Under the pieces are notes generated by a model. That model was not told where the DNA came from and did no database searches. It was given only the letters and a program-made list of their open reading frames with translations. From Octopus sinensis (lineage: Eukaryota): a DNA stretch of 64,000 nucleotides. Both the position numbers and the translations under genes were made by a program. This document shows, in pieces, positions 24,814 through 37,227 of the stretch; within the stretch, counting starts at the first letter, position 1, and every line of letters starts with the position of its first letter. Location of the stretch: contig NC_042999.1 in the NCBI RefSeq assembly GCF_006345805.1, positions 162,316,001 through 162,380,000 on the forward strand, written 5' to 3'.

Positions 24814-25659
24814 TACAACTTCTACATTTATATATTTAAAAAATTTGTATTATCAAGACCATATTGATCTAAAGCACAACAACCACAGCAGATGATTGCT
24901 AAAGTCAAGAGATGGTTCAATTAGTTCTACAGCTATAAATGAGTTCAAATCTTGTTTTCTGTCAGTTACCTCAGCATTTCCCACGGAATAAAGATTCAGC
25001 TTATAGGTTAAAAGACTATAGCACAATAGATTACACACTTAGATGTATCAACTGTTACCAAGTAGTTCTCAGCTGATAAATGTAATTGTCATGAAAAGGT
25101 CATACAGTTGAAGATGGTAACTAAGATTTAATAATAGAAAGAAAATAAATTTTGTAGTACATGTAAGTTTCTCAAGGAACAGTAAATTAAAACAGCAGCA
25201 AGTGGGAATTAAAGGAAACTTATTTCCACTTATTGATACTCGTCATTGTAATTTTGATATGTAAAATTTGCACAAGTCTACAAAGTTTGGGTACTGCCAA
25301 TTAAGCCAATCTAGTATGTTACTTGCACTTGCTTTATTAGCCCTTGAAGGATGAAAAGTAAACTCTACATTGGTGAGCTCAAATCTCACCAAAGTAAAGC
25401 AATGTAATTAAGTAACACAAGACATTTCTCAAGAACTCAAATCAATCACTGTTCTTCAATATTCAGAATGATATACACATACAATGGAATTCTGAAGCAG
25501 TCAAAAGATTTGAAATACTCTTTGTACTCAGAACTCATGTGCTTTATTTTTCTATCACAGTTTCAACCATTGGAGACACTGATATATGAAGTAGCTGACA
25601 TATGACAGGGTTAGGTGGGTTAATATGAAAATGATATAACTTAATTGAAATTCACTTAC

Positions 25660-28600
25660 CTGTGTGAACAAATGCAATCAAGTTCTGCTTGACCATTTGT
25701 TGAGAAAAAGAATTAAGTTTCTTTGAAGTATTATTAACCAAAGCTAAGTAACCATTAGAGGGTTTAGTCACTTGAAAGATGAGGTCCCCTTCTTTAGAGT
25801 CAGGATCAACTGCTCTGAGGTGATCAATTGTTAGTATAGTCACAGACTGATTCCACACTTGTATTCCTTTGTTGCGTATAATCTGTGGCAGCTGGTCATT
25901 GATCGGCTTCACTTTCACTGACAACCTTTTCTCTTCACTTTCTTGACCATTGACTTTCAATCTACCAGAAATCCACAGATGGTCAAGGGATGTCTCACTG
26001 TCATCATGAACATAATAGATGAGCTCATCAAGAAGCTCTTGGGAAGTAAATTGAGAAATGGCATTGCCTTTATTTGTTATGGATTCTAACCAACCAAATT
26101 TGGGTTGTTTTGTTACATTGTAGATGACTAGCTTATCTTCAAAATGTTTACCTCGAATGCGAATATTTTTCTTGGTTAGCATTTGACTTTGACCTTCTGA
26201 TACAGTAACATTTGTAAGCTGCAAAGGTAATATTTTTGGCAATATGTCGATGACAAACTCAAGATTGTGCAACTTTTTAAATCCATTGGTGACATCAAAA
26301 ATAAATCCATCAGTATTAGTCTCAACATCCTTTTGTATTTGTTGGTGAACATATTTCAGTTTTTCTTCATTGATATCTTCTTGTGTGAAAGTGATATTAC
26401 TTTTATCCGAATATAATATATCACCAACTGAAAGAAAGCCAAACTTGGGTGGTGTGGTCACATGATACTGAATATCAGCTGGGAATGAGTCTGGATGACT
26501 CACATGCAAGTAGTTGTTAGTTATAATCACACTTTGGCTTTCATTTATGACCACAATTTTGTTATGAATTACATGGGGTGGATGACGCTGGCTCTCCAGG
26601 AAAAGAAGAATTGAGAAGGATCCTTGTGTCTCTGAAGGGCCGGCCTCAACAGCAAATTTGAAATAATCATCAAGTTTACTGTTTCCATTGTGCTTGTATG
26701 TTAGCATATCACGTTTTATATCAGCTAGAGAGAAGCTGTTAATTCTCTTGTTATCAAGTAGTAGTTCACCATACATTGGTTCTCTCATGATGAAAAAAAC
26801 AATCTCTTCATCTCTAACATTAACGTTTGTTTCAATACTGAGATTAAAGGGAGTGATAGTAATACTTTTTCCCTTCAATACTGACACCCCTGTGTTGTTA
26901 AGGACTTTGATAAAAGGAGCAGAAGCCTCAATTTCAAGGGTAAATTTCCTTACAAAATGTCCATCTGTTACTGAAAATTTAAGGTAGTCAACTGAGTTTC
27001 CTGAGTTCTTCACTAGCAGCTTTCTATCAATTATATCTTGCTGTGTAAATCGAAACACATAGCTTCGGTCCATTCTGTTTAAAACATGATGATCAGATTT
27101 ATCTGTTAATGTGTAGATAAGCTTGTTGTCGTCAAAGTTGATATCAGGGTCAGTAAATGCAAGGTCATGGATACTTAGAGTTCGTTCCCCATTAAGAATT
27201 ATATAGAAGGGTTTATCAACAACACGTTGTGGTGAATTGTCATTTTTCATTACAATCTGGATGTCGAAGTGACCAGAGAAATCAGATAGTTCTTCTTGCT
27301 TATCTGTTGGTTGCAGAATAATAGGGTAGCTGTAAAAGCAAATGAATCAGATTTGTGTTCAGACCCGTCATGAACATACATTAAGCGGCCTTCACGGATA
27401 TCTTTGTTTGTAAAAGTTTCAACATTTTCCTTGGGGGTCATTCGATAGTGTGGATCAACTATAATCAATTTACCATATTGTGGTGATTTAAACACAATGT
27501 ATTGAAATTCTCTGTGTTTGTCCATTTCAATGTAAAGATCATTTCGAGTGATAACTTTTCTTTCTCCTTCAGTTACTCTTTCTAGGCCATTGTTGATGTA
27601 ACGAACATCTGTCTCGTTAGGAATATACTCGATATGGAAACGGAGACGTCGGGGAGGAACACCTTTCACAGAAAGGTGCATGTCTATAGAATCATCTAAG
27701 CTACTATAGGACTGTCGCTTAAGACTGTAGTGGATCATATTACTGTGCAACTCATTCAGTGTGAAAGACCCATCTCTTTGAAGAGGCTGAAGCTTTTTCA
27801 AGGCAGATGTTGAAGTATCCGGTTTTGCCCGATAAAGGTTACCATAGGATGGGGGGCGCACAATAGTAAAGAAAACTTCTCTTGGAGGTATTCTTTGAGT
27901 ATTCAACTTAACATTGAGATATTTAGTTGAAAGCACTTTTGACATGGTATATCTTAAAACAAGTTTCTTGTTAGCTACAACACTCAGTTGAACCCCAACA
28001 AACTTGATTCTAAAAGCCTCAACATTTGTTTGGGCATCTTGACATGTAACAGTGTACTTAAATATATCTGAATCAGGAGTGGAGTTAAATGGTTTGCTGA
28101 AATAACGAATACGTCCGGCATCAATATGACGCTGAACAAATGTGGTAACAGGTAACCATGCATTATTTTCATGTTTACGGCGTTGGATTTCCCCATAGTA
28201 AGGACCTTCGTTGATTATGTAACGAATCTCGAGATTTCGGTTAGGAACATTTGTGCTAAAAGACAAATTATTTGAGGTAATCAGAGAGTGAGAGCCAAGT
28301 GGAAGGTACAAACCAGTGTTGGCTTTGATAGTCAATTTTAATTTCATTGCCCGGATAATTATATTAGTATCCTTTGATTTAGAAAAGCCATCAGTTACAT
28401 ATATGCGAATAAAAGCCACAGTCGAATCACGTTGTACAAGCCAAATCTTGCCTGAATTGATGTCAGCTTGACTGAATGTTGTGATAGAAAATCCTGGCCG
28501 AGAAGAATTTTCAAAGAAGCACTTTGATTGAGTTGGATTTTCTAAGTGATAAATCAATTCTTCAGGTGGTGTATCTGGGTCTTCAGCCATTAGTATGGAT

Positions 28601-30251
28601 TTTTGGATCTGTAGTTTAGAATTTTGAGCTACTTGAATTTCTCCGTTAGGACGAAGCCTGAGGATCGGTGGGTCATTGCGTGGAATAATTTCAATTGGTA
28701 GAACGAACCGATAGATACGTTTCAGTTCTGGTACCAGGCGATGACTACTGCCAATTATCTTCACTTCTATTGTTACATCGTCACTAAGAGTATCACTACC
28801 ATCATGTCTGTACACAACATTTCCTTCTCTAAGTTCTTGTTGTGTGAAAGAGTGTCTTTCAATAGTTCCTTGTCGAGGAAGTATGAGAACCGTGAATAAA
28901 ATTGCAGAATCATGGATACCATAATCTTCATATTTGAATAGTATATTAATGTTGGTTGTAGTGATAATCTTCTCAGTTTCCTCCTCAACGACCAACTTCT
29001 GAACAGCTACAAAGTCAAAGTTACGATCTGTATTAGATGATGGACTAACTGCGATTGGCTTAATGCAGTCACCTGTGTCACAGGAGCACTGAAATCGGTC
29101 AAAACCAATTTCTTCACATTGAGCGTCATGTATGCAAGGGCTTGAGGCACATGGGTAATGCCAAAGACATGATGGATCAATTTCACGACTAATTTCAATA
29201 TCTCGGAAGCCAAATTGTCGTGAATTGAGGAAAATGTCTCGGAAACAGCCTTTTATTGAATCAGAGGAGTTGTGGTCAAGAAGTGACATTAGTCCTCGTT
29301 CCATAGCAAGGCTTTTAGTCTTGAGTTGCAAACCACCAAAATATAAATAACCTCCTAAGTTGAGGTACATTTTGTTCCCAAAGTTAGTCCGTGATATATT
29401 TTCATGACCATCAATTGTCAAAATCAAGATTTGCTGACTGATTTTTATAGTAACTGAATGCCACAGGCCATTACTGACATCTACATTTGAGAATACTTCA
29501 ACAACACCATTTCCTTTGTCAACGGAAAGCTTTATTTTGGAATTGAGAATTTCCAAAGAGATAAAATCTGGATCACTGTGTTGTCCTTCACAGAAAAGCA
29601 AAAGGCCTGTTTGTGTCCGAGTGCGGAAGTCAAATGTTATCTCCCCTTGTTCACGAATTCGCAAGTGAGGAAAAGCAATGAATGAAGAGTCAGAAAGAAG
29701 AGTGATTGGCTGATGATTGCCCGCATCGAATTCACTGTCACATGACCAAGAAACTTCAACAACATTTTGTGGATCTTTCAAGTGCCGAGCTTTTCGTACA
29801 ATATTTTTCTTATTAAAAAACACTTTCTCCATACACCCTCGGAAGTTATAGCTGTTGGAGAGGACATTTTGGTAAGAACCAGTTCCTCCGAGAAAGATTC
29901 CTTTGTTGATGTCCAGAGTACGGAATTCTTCATCAATTTTAATATAAGTGCTGAAGATTTTGTCAATGGTTAGAGTAGCTGTGTTGTTTGTACGTAGGAA
30001 GTGGACATCATGCCACTGGCGATCATGGAGGCGCAAGTCTGGATTGGACTGAAGACTTTCACTTCCTGAGCCAAAGTCAAAATGTACATGAATGATGCCA
30101 GATTTCAGTTCTATGATGCAATAATCAGGCTGACCAGCAGCAAGCAACAGCAAACCATAGGGACGGTGAGTTTTGAAACGAAGTTTGATGTTGGTACTAC
30201 TTGAAGACTCTTGCAATGGCACATGAACATAGCTTTGACCATAGAAGGAAA
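25660..30251 (-). CDS. CSPG4: CSPG4 large internal coding exon: laminin-G x2, EGF-like module, CSPG repeats; interrupted by one frameshift near 27325
   Basis: Acceptor tttttcag|TT TCC TTC TAT GGT (xSFYGQSYV, cf. human ASFFGENHL) at 30252/30251. Donor CAC ACA G|gtaagt at 25660/25659. ORFs of 1009 aa and 532 aa overlap in different frames; the downstream frame is open from ~27345 and reads FSGHFDIQIVMKNDN. Confidence 0.93.
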
Positions 30252-30669
30252 CTGAAAAATAGGAGAGAGAAAAAAACAATATGAAATATTATATGGATCA
30301 AAATGCAGGGCATAACACATTAGATAGACTTAAAACATTGATTTATATTATGACAGAATCACAGAAACAATTCTAAGTGAGAGAATGCAACTCAACTTAC
30401 TGTGAATTATGTCTACAGTAAGTGTCTCCTACTATCAAAAAGCTTTTTCAGCATACCACTGCAATCATCTCTCAACTTACATTAACCAATATCTTTGAAG
30501 CTCATTCACTTCTCATGGTATTAAATAGATGAGAGCTCAGAAAAACTTATTTTCTGACTTCCACAGAAATAAATGGAAGTAAATAAAATTGTACTATCTA
30601 GACACAAACAAAACGCAATTATGAACTCACAATCCAAGAACAGGAACTTGAAAATCAAAAGTACATTAA

Positions 30670-30890
30670 CTCTTTCGTTACCAACCCGGCTGAAACCGGC
30701 TCTGGCTCTGTAGTACAAAGGTCTTGTTTTCATAAATTTTGAATTAAAATCTTCCACCAAACTTTAGTCACAATTTATGTTCCTAACACTGGCTGAATGA
30801 TAACTAAGTTATTTTACTAAATTCTTTGTTATATCTAAAGTAATTGAAAGAAACACAGAGCATCTCAAAATAAATCCAGTAACGAAAGGG
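30670..30890. mobile_element. piggyBac-type MITE (221 bp)
   Basis: TTAA on both sides; TIR C(T)CTTTCGTTAC ... GTAACGAAAGGG, the same TIR as the element at 55996. Confidence 0.88.
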
Positions 30891-31487
30891 TTAACCAGCT
30901 AAGTGTTTAAGGGCTATGCACTCAACCATAGGTTTACAATGAGCTAGATGGAGGTATAAATGATATATATATGATTGAGAAAAAAAGGATGGTTAGAATC
31001 TTCCACAAACAGTTTCTCTGAAGGAAGTGTTTTGGATACATATAGCTGCTTTCAAACAGTGAAATATTACACAGAAAATTACAAAGTAAAAAAAAAAAAA
31101 AAGGAAATTACAATAAATTCCACCGCAAACTTACAACAGCAACATAAAGTGAATATAGACAATAAGTGGAACCATAGATTGAAGAAAATAGCGAATGGTG
31201 CATGAGGAAGACTTACGAATTTAATGCTGGCAGAATTTATATAACTGTTGCAATTAGGAAAGGCAGTGCTACGACATTATCTTGTAGAAGCCAAAAGAAT
31301 CTCCACTTGCAATTGGATGCAGCATTGTGGTAAAAGAAAAAACAAACAGGCAAATTTTACCCCTTGTCATAAGACATTCTCATATATGTATCTGGATATT
31401 TATAGCCAAAAAAATAGCTATAAAAAACTTTGGCATATATATATATCATCATCATCATCATCATCGTTTAGCGTCCATATATATATA

Positions 31488-31566
<79 letters not shown>

Positions 31567-31608
31567 TCCCTTCATGGGACTGTCACATTAAGTTGACAGT
31601 ATACAACT

Positions 31609-31639
<31 letters not shown>

Positions 31640-32281
31640 CTCATTTTATATATATATATATAAATGGTGGTGCCCAAACATGACCATGGCTCTCAAGCTG
31701 AAATTAGTAAAGAAAGAAATGTGTGTGTGTGTGAAGGCACATGGCCTAGTGGTTAGAGTGTTACACTCATGATCTAGCAATCGTGGGTTTGATTTTTGGA
31801 CTGGGCAGTGCTCCAGTATATTCAGCTGTAAATGAGTAACTCTGTGACAAAATAGCCTTCTGATCAGAGGAATGTTGGTCCGCTTGCCCAGCTAAGCAGT
31901 GTGAAGTGCACTGTGACCAGCAATGTATAACAACAATATCCAATATTCTGGTTAATTCTGTGATATATATATATAATACTAGGATGGCATTTATAAACAT
32001 TTTAATGCATTATTAAGCATGTTTCCACAGATTACATGTCTTTTAAGATCACAGTCCGTATTCCTGGAATAATTACAATGTAGTCCATAGCATCTGTGGG
32101 CATCAAGCAGATCATCTTCATGGATTCATTTCTTCAGGCGATATAACATTAATAGATGTTGGTTATCTCTTTTGACTATGAGAAGGTTGATTGAGGGCTG
32201 GTCAAAAGGGCTAAATAACCCTCAGTTAGAAAATTACTATTTTTAAATCTCACAAGAGATATTCGGCAAAAGTACTTTGGA

Positions 32282-32475
32282 GTAAAGATTATTTGCCAAC
32301 ATAACATGGCAGTCCTGGTTTAGGATGAATGGGGGTGCTAGATTCCCTTGTTCAAAAATATAAGGACACATATCATGTTGTATAGCCAGCTGCAGACGAT
32401 GTCTCCTGGGGCTAAATTACAGCAACATTCATCCTAAACCAGGACTGCTATGTTATGTTGGCAAACAATCTTTAC
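32282..32475. mobile_element. MITE-like element with 50-bp inverted arms
   Basis: 32282-32331 vs 32426-32475: 2 mismatches in 50 bp; no clear TSD. Confidence 0.75.
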
Positions 32476-32510
32476 CCACAACCTTCAGTTAAACATCCAT
32501 TAATGTTATA

Positions 32511-32909
32511 TCTTTATATATAAAAGAGAGGTTGTGTGCTGTCTGTCTCCTACGATTTAGATTCCTAACTACTCCCACATTTTGCGGTGCAGTTTAACCA
32601 AAACCGGGTATCTTATAGTCGTGATTCATATCGAGCCCTTCTGGGTATTAGCGCATGTCTATGATGAGTCTACAATTAAAAAAAAAAATTTACCATCAAT
32701 TTTTCCCATTTTTAATGCATTTTTGGCATATATAAGGGAAGTAACTCTCTAAAAATTTATCATTAAATCTCAGAACGTAAAAAGCTACAGTAACACCCCC
32801 CCCCTTTGTGGTTAGCCATATTGAGATGGCTATTATACTTTACATCTCTAAAAATGCTTATATAGTTATTTCCCTTACAAACCCGAGCAACGCCGGGCGA
32901 TACTGCTAG
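32511..32909 (+). mobile_element. Non-autonomous Helitron (H3)
   Basis: A|TC ... hairpin ... CTAG|T. Confidence 0.92.
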
Positions 32910-33206
32910 TCACCTATAGAAATGACTTGCCTGTAGAAATGATCTACCTGATGCCCACAGATACTACAGACTACATTGTAATCATCTCAGGATACAGACT
33001 GTGATCTTAAGAGACATGTGATTTGTGGAAACACGCATAGCAATGCATTAAAATGTTTATAAATTCTATCCAAGGATTACTGTTATTATTACAATATTTA
33101 TCCTGCATTATATCAGAACAGCTCAAGGCAACCCCAATAAACTGGTTCACCAGTCAGCATCATTAGACTGTGGCCGGCATAATGGATGAGGAGCTTTATT
33201 TGCATA

Positions 33207-33600
33207 TACTCTTTTTACTCGTTTCAGTCATTTGACTGCGGCCATGCTGGAGCACCGCCTTTAGTCAAGCAAATCGACCCCGGGACTTATTCTTTGTAAG
33301 CCCAGTACTTATTCTATCGGTCTCTTTTGCCGAACCACTAAGTGACGGGGACGTAAACACACCAGCATCGGTTGTCAAGCGATGCTAGAGGGACAAACAC
33401 AGACACACACATACATATATATATATATACATATATACGACGGGCTTCTTTCAGTTTCCGTCTACCAAATCCACTGACAAGGCATTGGTCGGCCCGGGGC
33501 TATAGCAGAAGACACTTGCCCAAGATGCCATGCAGCGGGACTGAACCTGGAACCATGTGGTTGGTTAGCAAGCTACTTACCACACAGCCACTCCTGCGCC
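33207..33600 (-). mobile_element. SINE family 1 (copy F)
   Basis: Consensus match. Confidence 0.95.
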
Positions 33601-33677
33601 TATTCAAAACATTTCCCATAAACAAATTTAAAAGATATACATAAAGTTATAATTGAAGCATGTATGTATTTATGTAA

Positions 33678-33849
33678 GGTGTAGGAGTGGTTGTGTGGTA
33701 AGTAGCTTGCTAACCAACCACATGGTTCCAGGTTCAGTCCCACTGTGTGGCACCTTGGGCAAGTGTCTTCTGCTATAGCCTCGGGCCGACCAAAGCCTTG
33801 TGAGTGGATTTGGTAAACGGAAACTGAAAGAAGCCTGTCGTATATATGC

Positions 33850-33881
<32 letters not shown>

Positions 33882-34074
33882 ATATGTTTGTGTGTCTGTG
33901 TTGGTCCCCCTAGCATCGCTTGACAACTGATGCTGGTGTGTTTACGTCCCCGTCACTTAGCGGTTCGGCAAAAGAGACCGATAGAATAAGTTCCGGGGTC
34001 GATTTGCTCGACTAAAGGCGGTGCTCCAGCATGGCCACAGTCAAATGACCGAAACAAGTAAAAGAGAGAAAGAG
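33678..34074 (+). mobile_element. SINE family 1 (copy G)
   Basis: Consensus match with a small internal deletion; head-to-head with copy F. Confidence 0.95.
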
Positions 34075-34202
34075 AATATGTATGCATGTATGTATGTATG
34101 TATGTATGTATGTATCTATGTATGTACACTCATTTGAATACACATGTTTGACCCTGAGTATGTATATGTGGACATATACACATTTATAAGCCTGCTGATG
34201 TG

Positions 34203-34229
<27 letters not shown>

Positions 34230-34239
<10 letters not shown>

Positions 34240-34624
34240 AAAGTGAGGTTGTGTGCTGTCTGTCTCCTACAATTTAGATTCCTAACTACTCCCACATTTT
34301 GCGGTGCAGTTTAACCAAAACCGGGCATCTTATAGTCGTGATTCATATCGAGCCCTTCTGGGTATTAGCGTGCATCTACGATGAGTCTACGATTTTAAAA
34401 AAAATTTACCATCAATTTTTCCCATTTTTAATGCATTTTTGGCATATATAAGGGAAGTAACTCTCTAAACATTTATTATTAAATCTCAGAACGTAAAAAG
34501 CTACAGTAACACCCCACCCTTTGTGGTTAGCCATATTGAGATGGCTATTATACTTTACATCTCTAAAAATGCTTATATAGTTATTTCCCTTACAAACCTG
34601 AGCAACGCCGGGCGATACTGCTAG
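34230..34624 (+). mobile_element. Non-autonomous Helitron (H4)
   Basis: 5' end merges into (TA)n; 3' hairpin and CTAG|T present. Confidence 0.9.
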
Positions 34625-34634
34625 TATATATATA

Positions 34635-34678
<44 letters not shown>

Positions 34679-35107
34679 GGATGAATCTATGTAAATATGG
34701 TGAATAGTACAAATGTGTGTGTGTATGTGCAAGCGTACATATTTAAATATATAGATGTATATGTATATTGGTGTATTTTGGGATACTGAAGTGTGCCAAA
34801 TAGTCATCAAGTGTCATGACCTGAACTACATCCCCAGCAAATTCTTGACAATGTTTGGCAAGCATGACCAACCATCGAATGGTTTGGCACACTTCATAGT
34901 TGCTCTCATTCAAAAGCCATTATACTCATATCTTCCTTTATTTATTTATTCTTTACATTGTATTTTTTTTGTCAACAACTTCCTGTCTGTATGAACCATG
35001 CCACAGGCATTCTTCATTCATCATCAATGTATTTGAGACACAACTACTACCAACATCATCTAGATGAACCTATGAGCGAAATGTCACTTATGTAACTTGG
35101 AATCCTG

Positions 35108-35238
35108 TTATTTCACCTGATGAGGCATTTCTGCACTGGGGGGAGGGGTGCATTGGAATTCATTATACCCTAACCCTACCCCAATCCCCACCCACTAGAG
35201 GGTAGTGTAGAATTATGCTGAAACAATAGCTGTGATAA
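35108..35238 (+). ncRNA. Putative degenerate minimal type I hammerhead ribozyme
   Basis: CTGATGA (35117-23), stem II GGCAT-TTCTGCACT / AGTGTAGAA-TT-ATGCT, GAAA (35220-23), stem I TCAC/GTGA. Cleavage-site U16.1 is replaced by C. Confidence 0.5.
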
Positions 35239-35295
35239 GTAAAGTATCCAGCATACTGTCTTCCAATATTAATTATTTAGAATATATATATATAA

Positions 35296-35691
35296 CTAGC
35301 AGTATCGCCCGGCGTTGCTCGGGTTTGTAAGGGAAATAACTATAAAGCATTTTTAGAGTTATAGTCAAAAAATAGCAAAAAAATGCATTAAAAAGGGAAA
35401 AAAAATGATGGTAAATTTTTTTTTAAATCGTTGACTCATCGTAGACATTTTTAGAGAGTTACTTCCCTTATATAATATCGAGAAGAATGCATTAAAATGG
35501 AAAAAAATGATGGTAAATTATTTTAAAAATCGTAGACTCATCGTAGACGCGCGCTAATACCCAGAAGGGCTCGATATGAATCACAACTATAAGATACCCG
35601 CTTTTGGTTACACTGCACCGCAAAATGTGGGAGTAGTTAGGAATCTAAATCGTAGGAGGCAGACACACAACTTGACTTTTATATATAAAGA
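35296..35691 (-). mobile_element. Non-autonomous Helitron (H5)
   Basis: Helitron termini on the minus strand. Confidence 0.92.
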
Positions 35692-36229
35692 TGTTTAATT
35701 CTAATTCTTTGAGGTTTCCCTGTAAGGAGTGTGTTGGTTCTAACAAAGAAATGAAGCTCTCATCATTAGAATTTAGATAAGAACAAAATTTTAAGGTTAC
35801 ATCTTGAATTTCTGAAGAGTCTTGTATGTTTCCACTGCTTTGCTTACAAAGTGAATTTTCAGAATACAAGTGAGATGACTTCATTCTTTGTTCGTTGTAT
35901 GTATATATGTGTGAGTTTTCTTGATTGGAGTTTTAGTGTCTATTTTGACACTAAAATATTGGCAAATATTGTGAAAAGAAAAAAAAAAAAGACCAGGGGG
36001 TCTTGTTCTTTTTGTCACCTATTGTGCAATCATCACACAGTTGATAAACTTTCAGTGCAAGAACAATTAGCATAATCAAAATCAGAGATACAGGTTCTAC
36101 TGGTGCCTTGACCACTTCTGGACTATGAAGAAGCTTCAAAGTTGTTTTGATAATATGCACACAAAGCTTTGCATGAGGCTCAAAACATCTCAAGGTGTGA
36201 GCACAAAACCAAAGAGATTTAGAAATACA

Positions 36230-36588
36230 CTAGCAGTATCGCCCGGCGTTGCTCGGGTTTGTAAGGGAAATAACTATATAAGCATTTTTAGAGATGTAAA
36301 GTATAATAGCCATCTCAATATGGCTAACCACAAAGGGGGGGGTGTTACTGTAGCTTTTTACGTTCTGACATTTAATAATAAATTTTTAGAGAGTTACTTC
36401 TCTTATATATGCCAAAAATGCATTAAAATGGGAAAAATTGATGGTAAATAATACCCAGAAGGGCTCAATATGAATCACGACTATAAGACACCCGGTTTTG
36501 GTTAAACTGCACTGCAAAATGTGGGAGTAGTTAGGAATCTAAATCGTAGGAGACAGACAGCACACAACCTCACTTTTATATATATAGA
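36230..36588 (-). mobile_element. Non-autonomous Helitron (H6)
   Basis: Helitron termini on the minus strand; short internal deletion. Confidence 0.92.
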
Positions 36589-37227
36589 TTTCATCCATCT
36601 CTACTACTATTGCTAAATGCTGGGTAGACTTTGCTGGCCACTGCTATTGTGCTGAACACCAGGCCATATTAGATGTTATATTGTGGAGACTTCCAAACCC
36701 TGTTAGAGAATAAAAACAACTCAGCTCTGTTGATGTTATTGGAAAATAAATAACATGAATTTGAGAACATATCAAAGTTAATGAGAGAGAGAGAGATTAC
36801 TGGTGTGATATATTGAAACATATCTCACTTGAAACCATTTGAAGAAGATAAATTTAAGCTTATATTTTTCTGTGTAGTACCTGTATTTCACTGTAATTAT
36901 AAGCTTAAATTTTACTTCAGCCTAGAAAAGATGTTTCTTTGATCTTTAAAATTATATTAATATTATAACAACTGATTTTTACTATTTTGTGAATTTTCTT
37001 TTCTCTGTCCCAGATCACTTGTTTTGACAGGAGCATTGAATAAGTCCTCTTGTGTGTGTGCGTGTGCATGTGTGTATGATTGCATTCATGCATTTATGCA
37101 TATGTTTATATGCAACTTAAGCTTACAGAATTCAAACCAGTCACTAATAGAATGACATGGTTTTATTGTTTGCGTTAAAAGAGTTGTGGGGATTTCTGAA
37201 TACTTGAATGAATTAGTGTGCTGATAT

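Larger units (their letters stand above)
31990..33063. repeat. Foldback element, ~125-bp diverged inverted arms (31990-32115 / 32939-33063)
   Basis: Arms align by eye at roughly 85% as reverse complements; they enclose a MITE and Helitron H3. Confidence 0.8.

Noticed and set aside
27250-27345. Programmed -1 ribosomal frameshift in CSPG4
   Set aside because: There is no X XXY YYZ slippery heptamer in the overlap window; a homopolymer indel is simpler.
31211-31260. Strong GTAAGT donor on the minus strand at 31216 as the end of CSPG4 exon 1
   Set aside because: The required phase-1 frame has a TAA two codons upstream, so it cannot be the coding first exon.
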